A stretch of 64,000 nucleotides of DNA from a bacterium (GTDB lineage: Bacteria > Cyanobacteriota > Vampirovibrionia > Gastranaerophilales > Gastranaerophilaceae). The stretch lies in assembly GCA_017433195.1 (NCBI GenBank), contig JAFRHR010000060.1, positions 8,258-72,257 on the forward strand, given 5' to 3'. Within the stretch, counting starts at the first letter, position 1; every line of letters starts with the position of its first letter. Positions 28,916 through 39,386 of the stretch are shown here, piece after piece. The position numbers were made by a program, and so were the translations under genes. The notes under the pieces were generated by a model. The model saw only the letters and a list, made by a program, of their open reading frames with translations. It made no database searches and was not told the origin of the DNA.

Positions 28916-29875
28916 ATGAGTATTGAAGAAAAGAATTTTGATGTTGTTATTTTAGGGGGAGGGCCTGCAGGACTTTCTGCTGCAATGTATGCGGCAAGAG
29001 GTGCAGTAAGCGTTGCGATAATAGATATAAGTATGTTCGGAGGTCAACCTTCCAACTATCTTGAAATAGAAAATTATCCTGCATTCCCTTTGATACAGGG
29101 ATTTGAACTTGCGGAAAAACTTGAAGAACACGCAGATAAATTCGGAGTGGAAAAATATCCGATGCAGGAAATTCAATCTGTTGATTTGACTTCAAATCCA
29201 AAGGTTATAACAACATTTGAATATAAATTCAACGCAAAAAGCGTAATAATTGCAACCGGAGCACAGTCTAAAAAACTCGGAGTAAAAGGCGAAGACGAAT
29301 ACAGAGGCAGAGGGGTAAGTTACTGTGCAGTATGTGATGCAGCTTTTTATACAGGCAAAGTGGTTGCTGTTGTAGGCGGCGGAAATGCCGCAGTTGAAGA
29401 AGCATGCTATTTAACAAGATTTGCGGAAAAAGTTTACCTTATCCACAGAAGAAATGAATTGAGAGCCGATAAAATTGTTCAACAAAGAGCATTTGAAAAC
29501 AAAAAACTTGAATTTATCTGGGATAGCGGAGTTAAGGAAATTTTAGGCGAAGACACCGTTAAAAAATTAATTATAGAAAATTATAAAACAGGAAATATTT
29601 CAGAACTCAAAGTTGACGGAATTTTCCCTTATATCGGTTTTACACCTAACGTTGAAAACATAAACGGTCAGGTTGAACAGGATGCTAACGGTTTTATAAT
29701 AACAAACAATTTAATGCAAACCTCTGTTGACGGGGTTTTTGCAATAGGAGATGTCAGAAATACACCTTTGAGACAGGTTGTTACGGCGGTTGCTGACGGA
29801 GCAATTGCATCTGTTAATGCAGTTAAATATATAGAGACCGTTTCAGAGCAGAAAAACTTTGTTAAGAATTTGTAA
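28916..29875 (+). CDS. trxB: thioredoxin-disulfide reductase
   Basis: FAD site VVILGGGPAGLSAA, redox CAVCDA, NADPH site VVGGGNAAVEEA. Confidence 0.9.
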   Translation: MSIEEKNFDVVILGGGPAGLSAAMYAARGAVSVAIIDISMFGGQPSNYLEIENYPAFPLIQGFELAEKLEEHADKFGVEKYPMQEIQSVDLTSNPKVITTFEYKFNAKSVIIATGAQSKKLGVKGEDEYRGRGVSYCAVCDAAFYTGKVVAVVGGGNAAVEEACYLTRFAEKVYLIHRRNELRADKIVQQRAFENKKLEFIWDSGVKEILGEDTVKKLIIENYKTGNISELKVDGIFPYIGFTPNVENINGQVEQDANGFIITNNLMQTSVDGVFAIGDVRNTPLRQVVTAVADGAIASVNAVKYIETVSEQKNFVKNL

Positions 29876-29946
29876 AAAATTGTTATTTTTTTAGCAATTA
29901 TATTTTTTACAAACGTTATATTTAATACAAAGTTATATAGGTTTGT

Positions 29947-30951
29947 ATGATTGAACGTATCGGAAATTTTAACATAATAAAAGACGATCCTGAAATGGCA
30001 TCAAGAAAGGCTATCAGAAAGGCTGAACGTGCCGCTAACTTTGAATTCAGAAAACAAAACACAATTTCCGGTTACATTGCCGGCGTTCCCGATACCGTAC
30101 TTTCTGCTGTTGCACTTTTCGGGCTGAAAAAACCCGCAACCCGTATGATGCAAAAATTATCATCTAACTTAACAGCGGAAGAAAATACAACTGTCGTAAA
30201 TTCATTTGAAAAAGCTTTTAAAGAATCCTCTCTTCCCAAAATGGGAACTGAAATTATAAGAGTGGGTAAAGACTCTAAAGGATTAGATTTTAATCCCGTT
30301 AAAACATTAACCGATAAAATAAAAAATCCCAAAATAAGAAACTTTGCAGAAAAGAATTTTGATCATTTAACAAAAGTAAGAAACGGAGACGCAGCATTTT
30401 TCAGCACACTTGAAAACAAGATAATTTTACCTGAAAACAAATTGTCTTTATCAAGTTTCCACGAAATGGGACGTGCACTAAACTGCAACGAATCAAAAGT
30501 CTGGTCAACAATACAGTGCTTAAGATGGCCTGTGAAATTACTTGCTCCGGCAGTTGCATCTCTTGCTTTATTTATGAATAAAAAAGAAGAAACACCCGAT
30601 CATAAATTAACTTTAAGAGATAAGGCAATTAACGCTTTCAGAACAGCGGCACCTTATACGGTAGCTGCAGCATGCCTGCCCGAGATTGCGGAAGAAATAA
30701 CCGCAAGCATTAAAGGTCATAAAATTGCAAAATCCGTTCTGCCTAAAGATTTGACCAGAAAAGTTGTGAAATCAAACGCAATTAATGCAACAACTTATAT
30801 CGTTTCTGCTGCCGCACTTGCACTCGGTACCGCAATTGGTATTAAAGTTAAAGACAAAGTAATGGCTGCAAGAATGGAAAAAGCTGAAAATTCACAAACT
30901 GATGAAGCTCAAAAACAACGTATCAGAGATTGCAAAAACAATAAACTATAA
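29947..30951 (+). CDS. hypothetical membrane-associated protein
   Basis: 334-aa ORF with hydrophobic segments. No family recognised. Confidence 0.45.
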   Translation: MIERIGNFNIIKDDPEMASRKAIRKAERAANFEFRKQNTISGYIAGVPDTVLSAVALFGLKKPATRMMQKLSSNLTAEENTTVVNSFEKAFKESSLPKMGTEIIRVGKDSKGLDFNPVKTLTDKIKNPKIRNFAEKNFDHLTKVRNGDAAFFSTLENKIILPENKLSLSSFHEMGRALNCNESKVWSTIQCLRWPVKLLAPAVASLALFMNKKEETPDHKLTLRDKAINAFRTAAPYTVAAACLPEIAEEITASIKGHKIAKSVLPKDLTRKVVKSNAINATTYIVSAAALALGTAIGIKVKDKVMAARMEKAENSQTDEAQKQRIRDCKNNKL

Positions 30952-31006
30952 TCTTTAACACCCTAATTTGCAGTGTCTTAACCTGCGATTATAATTATTG
31001 CTGTTT

Positions 31007-32275
31007 TTAAGCCTGTTTTTCTTCGGGGTTCTTTATTAAGCCCGGATCGATATCCGTTCCTGAAATTATTTTTCTGAGCAGGAACTGAGCTTTCGGAATA
31101 CCTACTGCCAATAACAGACTGCTTATGCCTAAATTTGCAATAATGTTTGCAGATTTAACACATAGTGCTTTTTTGGCATATTTTTCAATATTGCCTGATG
31201 CCTTTGCTGACGATGCAAAGTCTGCAATACTGTCAGCAAGTCCTCTTACTTTCTTCTCATCAACATAAGCTCTCGGGTCTCTGATGTTGGTGCCTTTGAT
31301 AAATTTAACACCGCTGAATTTCTGAGCATATTTTGTAAACTTAGCCTCAGGATTATTGTCAATAAAATCAATTACACTTTCTGTCTGCTTTGGTAATAAC
31401 AATGTATCTTCTTTAATGTCCTTTAAGAATTTTTTATCATTCAGAACAACAGGATCAACATTAACATTGATACCCAAAAGTTTCTTGGAGAAACTGTCTA
31501 AACCTCTCTGAATATATTTCGGGGTAACAAAGTTAACAACAATCATTGCACCCATTTTAAAGCCCATCTCAATTTTTTCATTTCTGTTTCTTGCGGTACC
31601 GACTCTTCCGACAGTCAAACCACCGTCAGTTACAGCCATTTTCTGTACCTGATTTGTGTTCGCAAGAACAGATGCAATACCTTTAAAACTTATATTTTCT
31701 TTCGGTTTTGCAAAATTTTCTGCTGCAGATAAATTCAAAAGAGAATAGTCAATTTTGCCCTGTTTCTCTTTCATTTCTTTCATTTTTTTATCAGTCAATT
31801 TAAAATTCAGTTTCGGAAGAACAACACCCATAAGCACAGTAGGAATTGCTGTTGCGGCGAGGAATTTACCTGACAAAATTCTTTCAAATGCTTTTTTATT
31901 ATTTTTAACTTTAATCAAATCCTGAACAGCATCAGGTGCTTTATCAGCAAATTTTTTAATGTTATATTCAAGGCCCTGTTTTTCAGCTTCGTTAAATAAT
32001 TTTGGATTAACCGCAGTGTTATAACCCGTTTTTTTAACGATTTTGTCATAAATCACTTCAACAAGCGGAATACCGCCCAACCAAACGGCAGACGTACCGT
32101 ATTCATCAATAAATCTCTCTCTGGTTGCGTGACGTGCCATTTCTTTTGATTCTCTTGCATTTTGCTGATAAGTTAATGCAATTTTTGCAGGACCCTCTAT
32201 CCCGCAATCTCTTACGATTAAGGGGTAAACACTGCTATTATTTCCTACTGCTGATATTATATTGACTAATGACAT
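31007..32275 (-). CDS. hypothetical protein (422 aa)
   Basis: Long ORF with hydrophobic segments, preceded by a ~255-nt leader. No family recognised. Confidence 0.5.
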   Translation of the reverse strand: MSLVNIISAVGNNSSVYPLIVRDCGIEGPAKIALTYQQNARESKEMARHATRERFIDEYGTSAVWLGGIPLVEVIYDKIVKKTGYNTAVNPKLFNEAEKQGLEYNIKKFADKAPDAVQDLIKVKNNKKAFERILSGKFLAATAIPTVLMGVVLPKLNFKLTDKKMKEMKEKQGKIDYSLLNLSAAENFAKPKENISFKGIASVLANTNQVQKMAVTDGGLTVGRVGTARNRNEKIEMGFKMGAMIVVNFVTPKYIQRGLDSFSKKLLGINVNVDPVVLNDKKFLKDIKEDTLLLPKQTESVIDFIDNNPEAKFTKYAQKFSGVKFIKGTNIRDPRAYVDEKKVRGLADSIADFASSAKASGNIEKYAKKALCVKSANIIANLGISSLLLAVGIPKAQFLLRKIISGTDIDPGLIKNPEEKQA

Positions 32276-32531
32276 TTCTTGGTTCCTCTTAAAATTAGCT
32301 TCCTGACCGTTATCCCGAAGAAGCCGATTTTAAGAAATGATTTGCAAAACAATATCAACCAATCAGCGACTTCGGGACGCTATGGTGATTATGATGTAAT
32401 TGTTTTGCTGATGTAATCATTCTAACCTCATTTATTTGCTTGTTTTTATCAGTTTAACATATAAACCTCTTTTTACAAGCAATTTTAAACTAAGTTTACA
32501 TTTGCTTAAAAACCCGTAAAAATAAAACTTG

Positions 32532-33437
32532 CTACCAGCCGATTAAATCTTTATATTCCTTAATCTTTTTTTCACTCATTCCTGATTTTTTAAGGTCATC
32601 CTCAACTATTTCTTTTAAATCCCTGAACAGTCTTTCATTCTTTTTGGCTCTTTTGTTTTGTGTATTAAAATACTTATATTCAAATATGTCAGCCATTGTA
32701 TAAGCTTCTTCCTCCTGTGACAAAAGATTTAAAACAGCCAAATCATATATCTGTATCAAGTCTGATCTTTTTTCAGGATTATTAACAAATTTATCTACAT
32801 TCTTGTTTTTTACTGCCTTATAATTTTCTCTTTCCGAAAATTTAAAAACCCCGAAAGTGTTATTAAAATTTTCACCAATCATTTTTGAGCCATGAGCCAT
32901 TCCCTTGTCAAACAAATTGCTGCAGGCCTTATGAAGATTTAAAGAATCTTCAAAATAGTCGCTGTATATGGTATTAAAGACCTTTTTCTCTTTGTTCAGC
33001 TGCAGATTATGAACCATTTCATGCACTATACTGTTGAATAAATCACTGGGTTTACTCTCTATTACATTCATATTTACTATTATTTTTTTACGCGGGTAAT
33101 GCTTCTTGTTGTTATTTGAAATATGCGAATTGTATACAAATTGTGCTGCACATCCGCTTGCAAATAACTTTTCCCAGTTATCCTCAACTTTTGTTCTCGG
33201 AACATACTGTCTTGCAAGCTGTCTTACATTGTCTTTATTAAACTTTCCGCTATTCATTAACTCAAATAAATCAGACGCAAAATTATCCGCAGAATTTTCA
33301 ACACTGTAAGGTGCTTTTTGCTTTTCAAAAGTATCACCCTGATTTTTAGACGAATTTTTGGCTAAATAAACTCTGTACGGGCAATTACTGTATGGGATAT
33401 TAATATATGTATTTTGTGATATTTCGTTAACTATCAT
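32532..33437 (-). CDS. hypothetical protein with an HExxH motif (possible zinc metallopeptidase)
   Basis: SIVHEMVHNLQ is the only recognisable motif. 301 aa. Confidence 0.4.
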   Translation of the reverse strand: MIVNEISQNTYINIPYSNCPYRVYLAKNSSKNQGDTFEKQKAPYSVENSADNFASDLFELMNSGKFNKDNVRQLARQYVPRTKVEDNWEKLFASGCAAQFVYNSHISNNNKKHYPRKKIIVNMNVIESKPSDLFNSIVHEMVHNLQLNKEKKVFNTIYSDYFEDSLNLHKACSNLFDKGMAHGSKMIGENFNNTFGVFKFSERENYKAVKNKNVDKFVNNPEKRSDLIQIYDLAVLNLLSQEEEAYTMADIFEYKYFNTQNKRAKKNERLFRDLKEIVEDDLKKSGMSEKKIKEYKDLIGW

Positions 33438-33471
33438 ACTGTCTTAAAACCCGAAAAAATTTTTTTTGCCA

Positions 33472-33501
33472 TAAAAAAAGTATCTCAAATGAGATACTTT
33501 T
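33472..33501 (-). terminator. rho-independent terminator after surE
   Basis: Minus strand reads AAAGTATCTC-ATTT-GAGATACTTT followed by TTTTTT. Confidence 0.5.
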
Positions 33502-33524
33502 TATTCTTTATATTTTTGTATTAA

Positions 33525-34316
33525 TTAGAACCAGTTACAGAAATCTTTTTTACAAATAACCCCTTGTAATTCGTTCATAATACTTGTCCTTGTCATTTCA
33601 AAAGTAATAGGAGTTATTGAAATAAGGTTATTTCTGACGGCCGCAATATCAGTATTATCGTTTTCGGTTTCTTTTATGAGTTCCCCTGCCATCCAGTAGT
33701 AAACCTTTCCTCTAGGATCGACTCTTTTTTCGTATTCATCGGTAAACATTCTTCTTCCGAGTTCAGTTATAGCAATTCCGCCGATATCGTCTTTTTCAAG
33801 TCCAGGAATATTGATATTCAAGATAGTTTTCGGAGCAAGTTTGTAATCACCTATATTATCAATCAATGCTCTGATTACTTCAGCAGAAACCTTAAAATCA
33901 TCGTATTCGCAGTGCATACTTGCAAGAGAAGTTGCAAAACTCGGAATGCCGCTCATAGCACCTTCCATTGCACAGCTTACTGTTCCTGAATAAAGAATAT
34001 CCGCACCCAAATTCGGACCATGGTTTATACCGGAAATAACCAAATCCGGCATTTCTTCCGGTGCTAAAATTGCGTTAATACCGATCTTTACGCAATCACC
34101 CGGAGTCCCTGTTGTCATCCAGCATCTTTTTGCACCATATTTTGCATCAACTTCTTCTACTCTCAGAGGGGTATGCAAAGTCAGTGAGTGTCCTGCCGCA
34201 CTTCTTTCTCTGTCAGGTGCAATAATATAAACTTCATGGTGCGGACTTAAAGCCTCTGTCAGGGCTCTTATACCATTTGCAAGTATTCCGTCATCATTTG
34301 AAATAAGTATCTTCAT
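33525..34316 (-). CDS. surE: 5'/3'-nucleotidase SurE
   Basis: MKILISNDDG at an internal ATG preceded by AAGGAG. GINHGPNLG also present. The ORF-track start at 34385 is probably too long. Confidence 0.9.
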   Translation of the reverse strand: MKILISNDDGILANGIRALTEALSPHHEVYIIAPDRERSAAGHSLTLHTPLRVEEVDAKYGAKRCWMTTGTPGDCVKIGINAILAPEEMPDLVISGINHGPNLGADILYSGTVSCAMEGAMSGIPSFATSLASMHCEYDDFKVSAEVIRALIDNIGDYKLAPKTILNINIPGLEKDDIGGIAITELGRRMFTDEYEKRVDPRGKVYYWMAGELIKETENDNTDIAAVRNNLISITPITFEMTRTSIMNELQGVICKKDFCNWF

Positions 34317-34491
34317 AAAACTCCTTTGTAACAGATGTCTCAAACTTAAAATTACTGATATACATAATACGACTTTTATCGGCAATTGTCAAAAATCATA
34401 CAAATGAATAATTTTATTTAAATTTATTTTGTTGCTAAATAATGATGTACATGCTAAAATGAAAACGAATTAAGAGATAAGAAGAGTTTAT

Positions 34492-35187
34492 ATGAGTGAA
34501 GGTCACTGGATAGTAAATACCGTAATAAGCGGACACAATTTAAGTTTCAACATGGATACATTAATTACAATGTGGTCTGTTATGCTTGTTTTAATCATTG
34601 TTGCCTTCATTTCAACAAGAAAGCTCTCTGTTATTCCTAACAAATTTCAGGCATTTTGTGAAACGATAATGCAGTTCTTATGGGGCTTAACCGATATGAT
34701 GGTGAAGAAAGACGGACGAAAACATGTTCCGCTTGTTGCTTCACTTTTCTTATTTATAGTTTCGGCAAACCTTATGGGACAATTACCTTTGAGATTAATT
34801 CATTTACAGCACGGGGAAATTGCATCTCCGACAAATGACTTAAACCTCACCGCCGCAATGGCAATAATAGTTTTGGTTTACTATGTTACAGCCGGTATTA
34901 TGAAGAAGAAAGCAAAATTCTTCTTACACGGCTTTGACTTTATAAGTATAATTTTAGCATTAGTAGAAATACTTGAAATGTTTACAAGACCTTTAACTTT
35001 GGCACTCCGACTTTTTGGAAACATCTTAGCCGGAGAAATCCTTGTAGGTACGATTCTCGGAATGTGTGCATATGGGGCACCGTTACCTGCAATGTTCTTT
35101 GAAGTTTTGGTCGCATTTGTTCAGGCATTGGTATTCACTATGTTGACATTGGTTTACATATCTTCCGCAACAGGAGAAGAACATTAA
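34492..35187 (+). CDS. atpB: F0F1 ATP synthase subunit a
   Basis: LALRLFGNILAGE motif. Multi-pass membrane protein. Confidence 0.9.
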   Translation: MSEGHWIVNTVISGHNLSFNMDTLITMWSVMLVLIIVAFISTRKLSVIPNKFQAFCETIMQFLWGLTDMMVKKDGRKHVPLVASLFLFIVSANLMGQLPLRLIHLQHGEIASPTNDLNLTAAMAIIVLVYYVTAGIMKKKAKFFLHGFDFISIILALVEILEMFTRPLTLALRLFGNILAGEILVGTILGMCAYGAPLPAMFFEVLVAFVQALVFTMLTLVYISSATGEEH

Positions 35188-35229
35188 AAATAATAAGTAT
35201 TACAGTATAGACAAAAGAAAGGAAAAGTT

Positions 35230-35463
35230 ATGGCAATTACAGAATTAGGACAAATGGGCGCAGGTTTAGCAATTGGTTTGGCATCTTGCGGTGTTGGTTT
35301 AGGTATTGGTATTGCAACAAAAGGTTTGATGGAATCTATCGCAAGACAACCGGAAATTTCAGGTACTGCCAGCGGTTTATTCTTACTTGGTGCAGCATTG
35401 GCAGAAGCTTGTGCTATTTACGCATTCATCATTGCACTTAAATTGGCAGGATTCATCGGATAA
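35230..35463 (+). CDS. atpE: F0F1 ATP synthase subunit c
   Basis: 77-aa hairpin proteolipid: ...ESIARQPE...LLGAALAEACAIY. Confidence 0.9.
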   Translation: MAITELGQMGAGLAIGLASCGVGLGIGIATKGLMESIARQPEISGTASGLFLLGAALAEACAIYAFIIALKLAGFIG

Positions 35464-35882
35464 TGGAATTAAACGCAACTTTTTTAGCATCAATAATAAG
35501 TTTTATCGTCTTCGTTCTCATTATGAACGCAGTCTTTTATCGTCCTCTTGAAAAAATCGTTGAGGAAAGAAAGAAATTTGTCGATAAAAATTATGACGAT
35601 GCAAAAAAAGCAAACGAAAAATCAGAACAAATAATGTCTGATATAGAACAAAAGCGTTCAGGCGCTCTCTCTGAAGCAAAAACAATTATTCAGGGAAAAA
35701 GCGACAAGGCTAAAAAAGAAAAAGACGAAATGACTCAGGAAGCCAGAAAACAGTCTTTTAACGAAATTGCGGAAGCAAAAAAAGTTCTGGAAGAAGAAAC
35801 CCAAAACTCAAAAAATGCTTTGCAAAATGACGTAAACAATTTGGCCGACATTATTTGCAGTAAGTTAAACGGAAACAACTAA
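35463..35882 (+). CDS. F0F1 ATP synthase subunit b' (second b-type stalk subunit)
   Basis: N-terminal TM helix plus a long charged helix. First of two tandem b-type genes, as in cyanobacterial operons. Confidence 0.7.
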   Translation: MELNATFLASIISFIVFVLIMNAVFYRPLEKIVEERKKFVDKNYDDAKKANEKSEQIMSDIEQKRSGALSEAKTIIQGKSDKAKKEKDEMTQEARKQSFNEIAEAKKVLEEETQNSKNALQNDVNNLADIICSKLNGNN

Positions 35883-35883
35883 A

Positions 35884-36393
35884 ATGGAACATTTTTCAGC
35901 TTTTTGGAAATACTTTGTAGAATCAAATACATTTAATTTTGTATTTTTTGTAATTATCTTTGCTTTCATATTTAAGAAAATAAATATAAAGGAACTGATT
36001 GCAAATTTACAAAAGAGTGTTGTTGATGCAATAACAAAGTCAAAAGAGGAAAAAGCAACAGCTGAATCCGGTTTAAACAAAGCAAAAAAAGCGCTTAAAG
36101 CAATTCCTGAGGAGCTCGAAAAAATTCTGACAGATGCTCAGAAGAATGCAGATATAATTTCTAAGAATATTCTGGAAGACGGAAAACTTCAGGTTTCAAA
36201 AATTAACCAGAATACTAAGAAATTAATCGAAGCAGATCAGCGTGCAGTTATGTCGGAACTTATTAAAGCGACATCTCAGGAAGCAATAAAACTTGCGGAA
36301 AATAAATTGACAGAAGCTCTGAACAAAGACAGAGGTCTCCACGACAAATTTATCGAAAGCAGCATTAACGAATTAGACAGGTTGAAATTTTAA
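35884..36393 (+). CDS. atpF: F0F1 ATP synthase subunit b
   Basis: N-terminal TM helix plus a K/E/A-rich helix. Position between b' and delta. Confidence 0.7.
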   Translation: MEHFSAFWKYFVESNTFNFVFFVIIFAFIFKKINIKELIANLQKSVVDAITKSKEEKATAESGLNKAKKALKAIPEELEKILTDAQKNADIISKNILEDGKLQVSKINQNTKKLIEADQRAVMSELIKATSQEAIKLAENKLTEALNKDRGLHDKFIESSINELDRLKF

Positions 36394-36395
36394 CT

Positions 36396-36944
36396 ATGGC
36401 AGAAAAATTATCATTGGCAGCAAAAAGATATTCAAAAGCACTGATTGAACTTTCTATGGACGGCTCAATCGATAACACTATGATTCTTAATCAGTTGTAT
36501 TTTGTGCAGGAAGTTTTAAATTCGTCAAAAGAACTCCGTGACGTTTTGAATATGCCTCAGATTTCAACCGATATTAAAAAAGAGATTTTAAATAAAGTTT
36601 ATGAGCCTCATATCGATAAGGTTGTTTTAAATTTCCTTAACGTTCTTTTGGAACAAAACAGATTTAAGGAATTTGATGAAATATTGGCTTCATACAAAGA
36701 AGAACTTGATAAATTTAAAAACATCAATAACGTTGAAGTTATTTCTGCCGTTGAATTGACGGATGAACAGAAAGACAGATTAAAAAATAAACTTCAGGAA
36801 AAATTAAATTGCAGTATTGAAGCAAACTGGGGAATTGACCCAGCAATTATGGCAGGACTTGTTATTAAATATGACGGAAACGTTATAGATATGAGCCTGC
36901 GCAATAAATTAAAAGATTTGAATAAAAATATAGTGAGGATATAA
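36396..36944 (+). CDS. atpH: F0F1 ATP synthase subunit delta (OSCP)
   Basis: [11 protein letters not shown] start, 182 aa, C-terminal GG/GL.IKYDG.VID.S....L pattern. Confidence 0.8.
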   Translation: MAEKLSLAAKRYSKALIELSMDGSIDNTMILNQLYFVQEVLNSSKELRDVLNMPQISTDIKKEILNKVYEPHIDKVVLNFLNVLLEQNRFKEFDEILASYKEELDKFKNINNVEVISAVELTDEQKDRLKNKLQEKLNCSIEANWGIDPAIMAGLVIKYDGNVIDMSLRNKLKDLNKNIVRI

Positions 36945-36946
36945 AA

Positions 36947-38458
36947 ATGGTAGCAATCAAACCTGATGAAATCAGTGCAATAATCAAAGATAAAATCCAA
37001 AACTATGAAACCTTAACGGAAATATCAAACGTGGGTTCGGTTTTAGAAGTCGGAGACGGTATTGCGCGTGTTTACGGATTAAGAAATGCAATGTCAAACG
37101 AACTTGTCGAATTTGATGACGGGAAAGGGACATTGGGTATTACATTAAACCTTGAAGAAGACAACGTCGGTGTCGTAATTCTCGGTGAATACACTCAGAT
37201 TAAAGAAGGTATGACCGTAAAAACAACAGGAAGAATTGCATCAGTTCCGGTAGGTGACGGATTAATCGGAAGAATAATCAGCCCGACAGGTGCTCCGCTT
37301 GACGGAAAAGGTGATATTCCTTATACGGAAACCTTACCGATAGAAAAAGTTGCACCGGGTATTGTTGCAAGAAAATCTGTTCATCAGCCTTTACAGACAG
37401 GTTTAACGGCTATCGATGCTCTGACACCTATCGGAAGAGGACAGAGAGAATTGATTATCGGCGACAGACAAACAGGTAAAACCGCTATCGCTATCGATAC
37501 AATAATTAACCAAAAAGGTCAGGATGTAATTTGTATTTACGTTGCTATCGGTCAAAAAGCATCAACCGTTGCTCACTTGGCAAAAACTTTGGAAGACAAC
37601 GGCGCAATGGAATACTCAATAATCGTTTCCGCTACGGCAAACGAACCTGCACCATTGCAATTCGTTGCACCGTTTGCAGGTGTTGCAATTGCTGAAGAAT
37701 TCTTAAAACAGGGAAGACACGTTTTAATTATATATGATGATTTGACGAAACACGCACAGGCTTATCGTGCAATGAGTTTGTTACTGAGAAGACCACCAGG
37801 GCGTGAAGCATATCCCGGTGATGTATTCTACTTACACTCAAGATTACTTGAACGTGCCGTTAAGTTATCGGATAAATTAGGCGGCGGAAGTATTACAGCG
37901 TTACCGATTATTGAAACACAGGCAGGCGACGTTTCCGCATACATTCCGACAAACGTAATTTCAATTACTGACGGTCAGATATTCCTTGAATCAGCACTGT
38001 TTAACTCAGGCATAAGACCTGCAATCAACGCAGGTATCTCAGTTTCCCGTGTAGGCGGTGCCGCTCAGACAAAAGCAATCAAACAGGTTGCAGGTAAACT
38101 CCGTTTGGATTTGGCTCAGTTCAGAGAATTGGAAGCGTTCGCTCAGTTCGCATCTGACCTTGATGCTGCTACCAAAAAACAGTTATTAAGAGGTCAAAAG
38201 CTTACTGAAGTATTAAAACAACCTCAGTACAGACCGTTAAGTGTTGCTCAGCAGGTTTCTATTCTGTTTGCCGCAAACGAAGGTTTCTTAGACGAAGTTG
38301 ATAACAAAAACGTTAATGCTTATAAGCTCGGCTGGTTTGAACACTTTGAAGCAAACATGCCTGAACTTATAAAGAAATTAAATGAAGGTGCGGCTTTGTC
38401 TGACGAGGATAAGAACGCATTAAGAGAACAATTAACAAATTACGGAAAAACTTTATAG
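36947..38458 (+). CDS. atpA: F0F1 ATP synthase subunit alpha
   Basis: [18 protein letters not shown] (P-loop), [21 protein letters not shown]. Confidence 0.97.
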   Translation: MVAIKPDEISAIIKDKIQNYETLTEISNVGSVLEVGDGIARVYGLRNAMSNELVEFDDGKGTLGITLNLEEDNVGVVILGEYTQIKEGMTVKTTGRIASVPVGDGLIGRIISPTGAPLDGKGDIPYTETLPIEKVAPGIVARKSVHQPLQTGLTAIDALTPIGRGQRELIIGDRQTGKTAIAIDTIINQKGQDVICIYVAIGQKASTVAHLAKTLEDNGAMEYSIIVSATANEPAPLQFVAPFAGVAIAEEFLKQGRHVLIIYDDLTKHAQAYRAMSLLLRRPPGREAYPGDVFYLHSRLLERAVKLSDKLGGGSITALPIIETQAGDVSAYIPTNVISITDGQIFLESALFNSGIRPAINAGISVSRVGGAAQTKAIKQVAGKLRLDLAQFRELEAFAQFASDLDAATKKQLLRGQKLTEVLKQPQYRPLSVAQQVSILFAANEGFLDEVDNKNVNAYKLGWFEHFEANMPELIKKLNEGAALSDEDKNALREQLTNYGKTL

Positions 38459-38467
38459 GAAAGTTAA

Positions 38468-39385
38468 ATGGCAAATCTTAAAGATATAAAAACAAGAATA
38501 CAGAGTGTTCAGAACACTAAAAAGATAACAAGGGCAATGAAAATGGTTGCTGCCGCAAAAGTAAAAAAGGCGGAAACAACCGTTAAAAGCGCAAGACCTT
38601 TTGCTGACGAATTGCTTTTGTTATTCAGAAAACTGTATTCAAAACTCGGAGGATTTTCGACCGATGCCGAAACAGGCAAAACTTCTTTAGAAAATTATCC
38701 TGAATTATTAAAGGAACGTGAAATTAAATCTGTCGGTTTGGTTGTCGTAACTTCGAATAAAGGGCTTGCAGGTGCATACAATGCAAATATTGTAAGAAAA
38801 ACCCTTCAGTTGATACAGGATTATAATAAGAACGGACAAAAAGTCGTTTTATACATAATCGGTCAAAAGGGAGTTTCCACTCTGAAGAGAAAAGAGGGTG
38901 ATTTTGAAATCGCACAAACTTACCTTTCTTTTGCAAATGACCCGACGTCAGCGGGTGCTTTATTAGTATCCGAAGATTTGGCTAATGATTTTATTGCGCA
39001 TAAAATTGATAAAATTGAAATCGTTACAACAAGATTTAACAATATGATGTCTTATTCTGTTTCAGAATGGACGGTATTGCCTGTTAAACACGAAGATATG
39101 AAGTTATCTGATGAGCACGCAATAGATCCTATAATGAGTTTTGAACCTGATGTTCATACTATTTTGAGCAAATTAGTTCCGATGTATATAACAAATTCCG
39201 TTTATCAGGCTCTGTTAGAAGCAAATGCCAGTGAACTTGCATCAAGAATGACCGCAATGTCAGCCGCATCAAATAATGCCGAAGAAATGATAAGAACGCT
39301 CACAATTGACTATAACAAGGCAAGACAATGGGCAATTACACAGGAACTTGTTGAAATCGTTTCAGGCGCAGACGCTCAGAGATAA
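38468..39385 (+). CDS. atpG: F0F1 ATP synthase subunit gamma
   Basis: MANLKDIK.RI.SV.NT.KIT.AMKMVAAAK, C-terminal ITQEL.EIVSGA. Confidence 0.9.
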   Translation: MANLKDIKTRIQSVQNTKKITRAMKMVAAAKVKKAETTVKSARPFADELLLLFRKLYSKLGGFSTDAETGKTSLENYPELLKEREIKSVGLVVVTSNKGLAGAYNANIVRKTLQLIQDYNKNGQKVVLYIIGQKGVSTLKRKEGDFEIAQTYLSFANDPTSAGALLVSEDLANDFIAHKIDKIEIVTTRFNNMMSYSVSEWTVLPVKHEDMKLSDEHAIDPIMSFEPDVHTILSKLVPMYITNSVYQALLEANASELASRMTAMSAASNNAEEMIRTLTIDYNKARQWAITQELVEIVSGADAQR

Positions 39386-39386
39386 T

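Noticed and set aside
32276-32531. Long leader upstream of 31007..32275, considered as a riboswitch.
   Set aside because: I could not match it to any riboswitch consensus I know, and the hairpins are short with mismatches. It is mentioned only as an unusually long leader.
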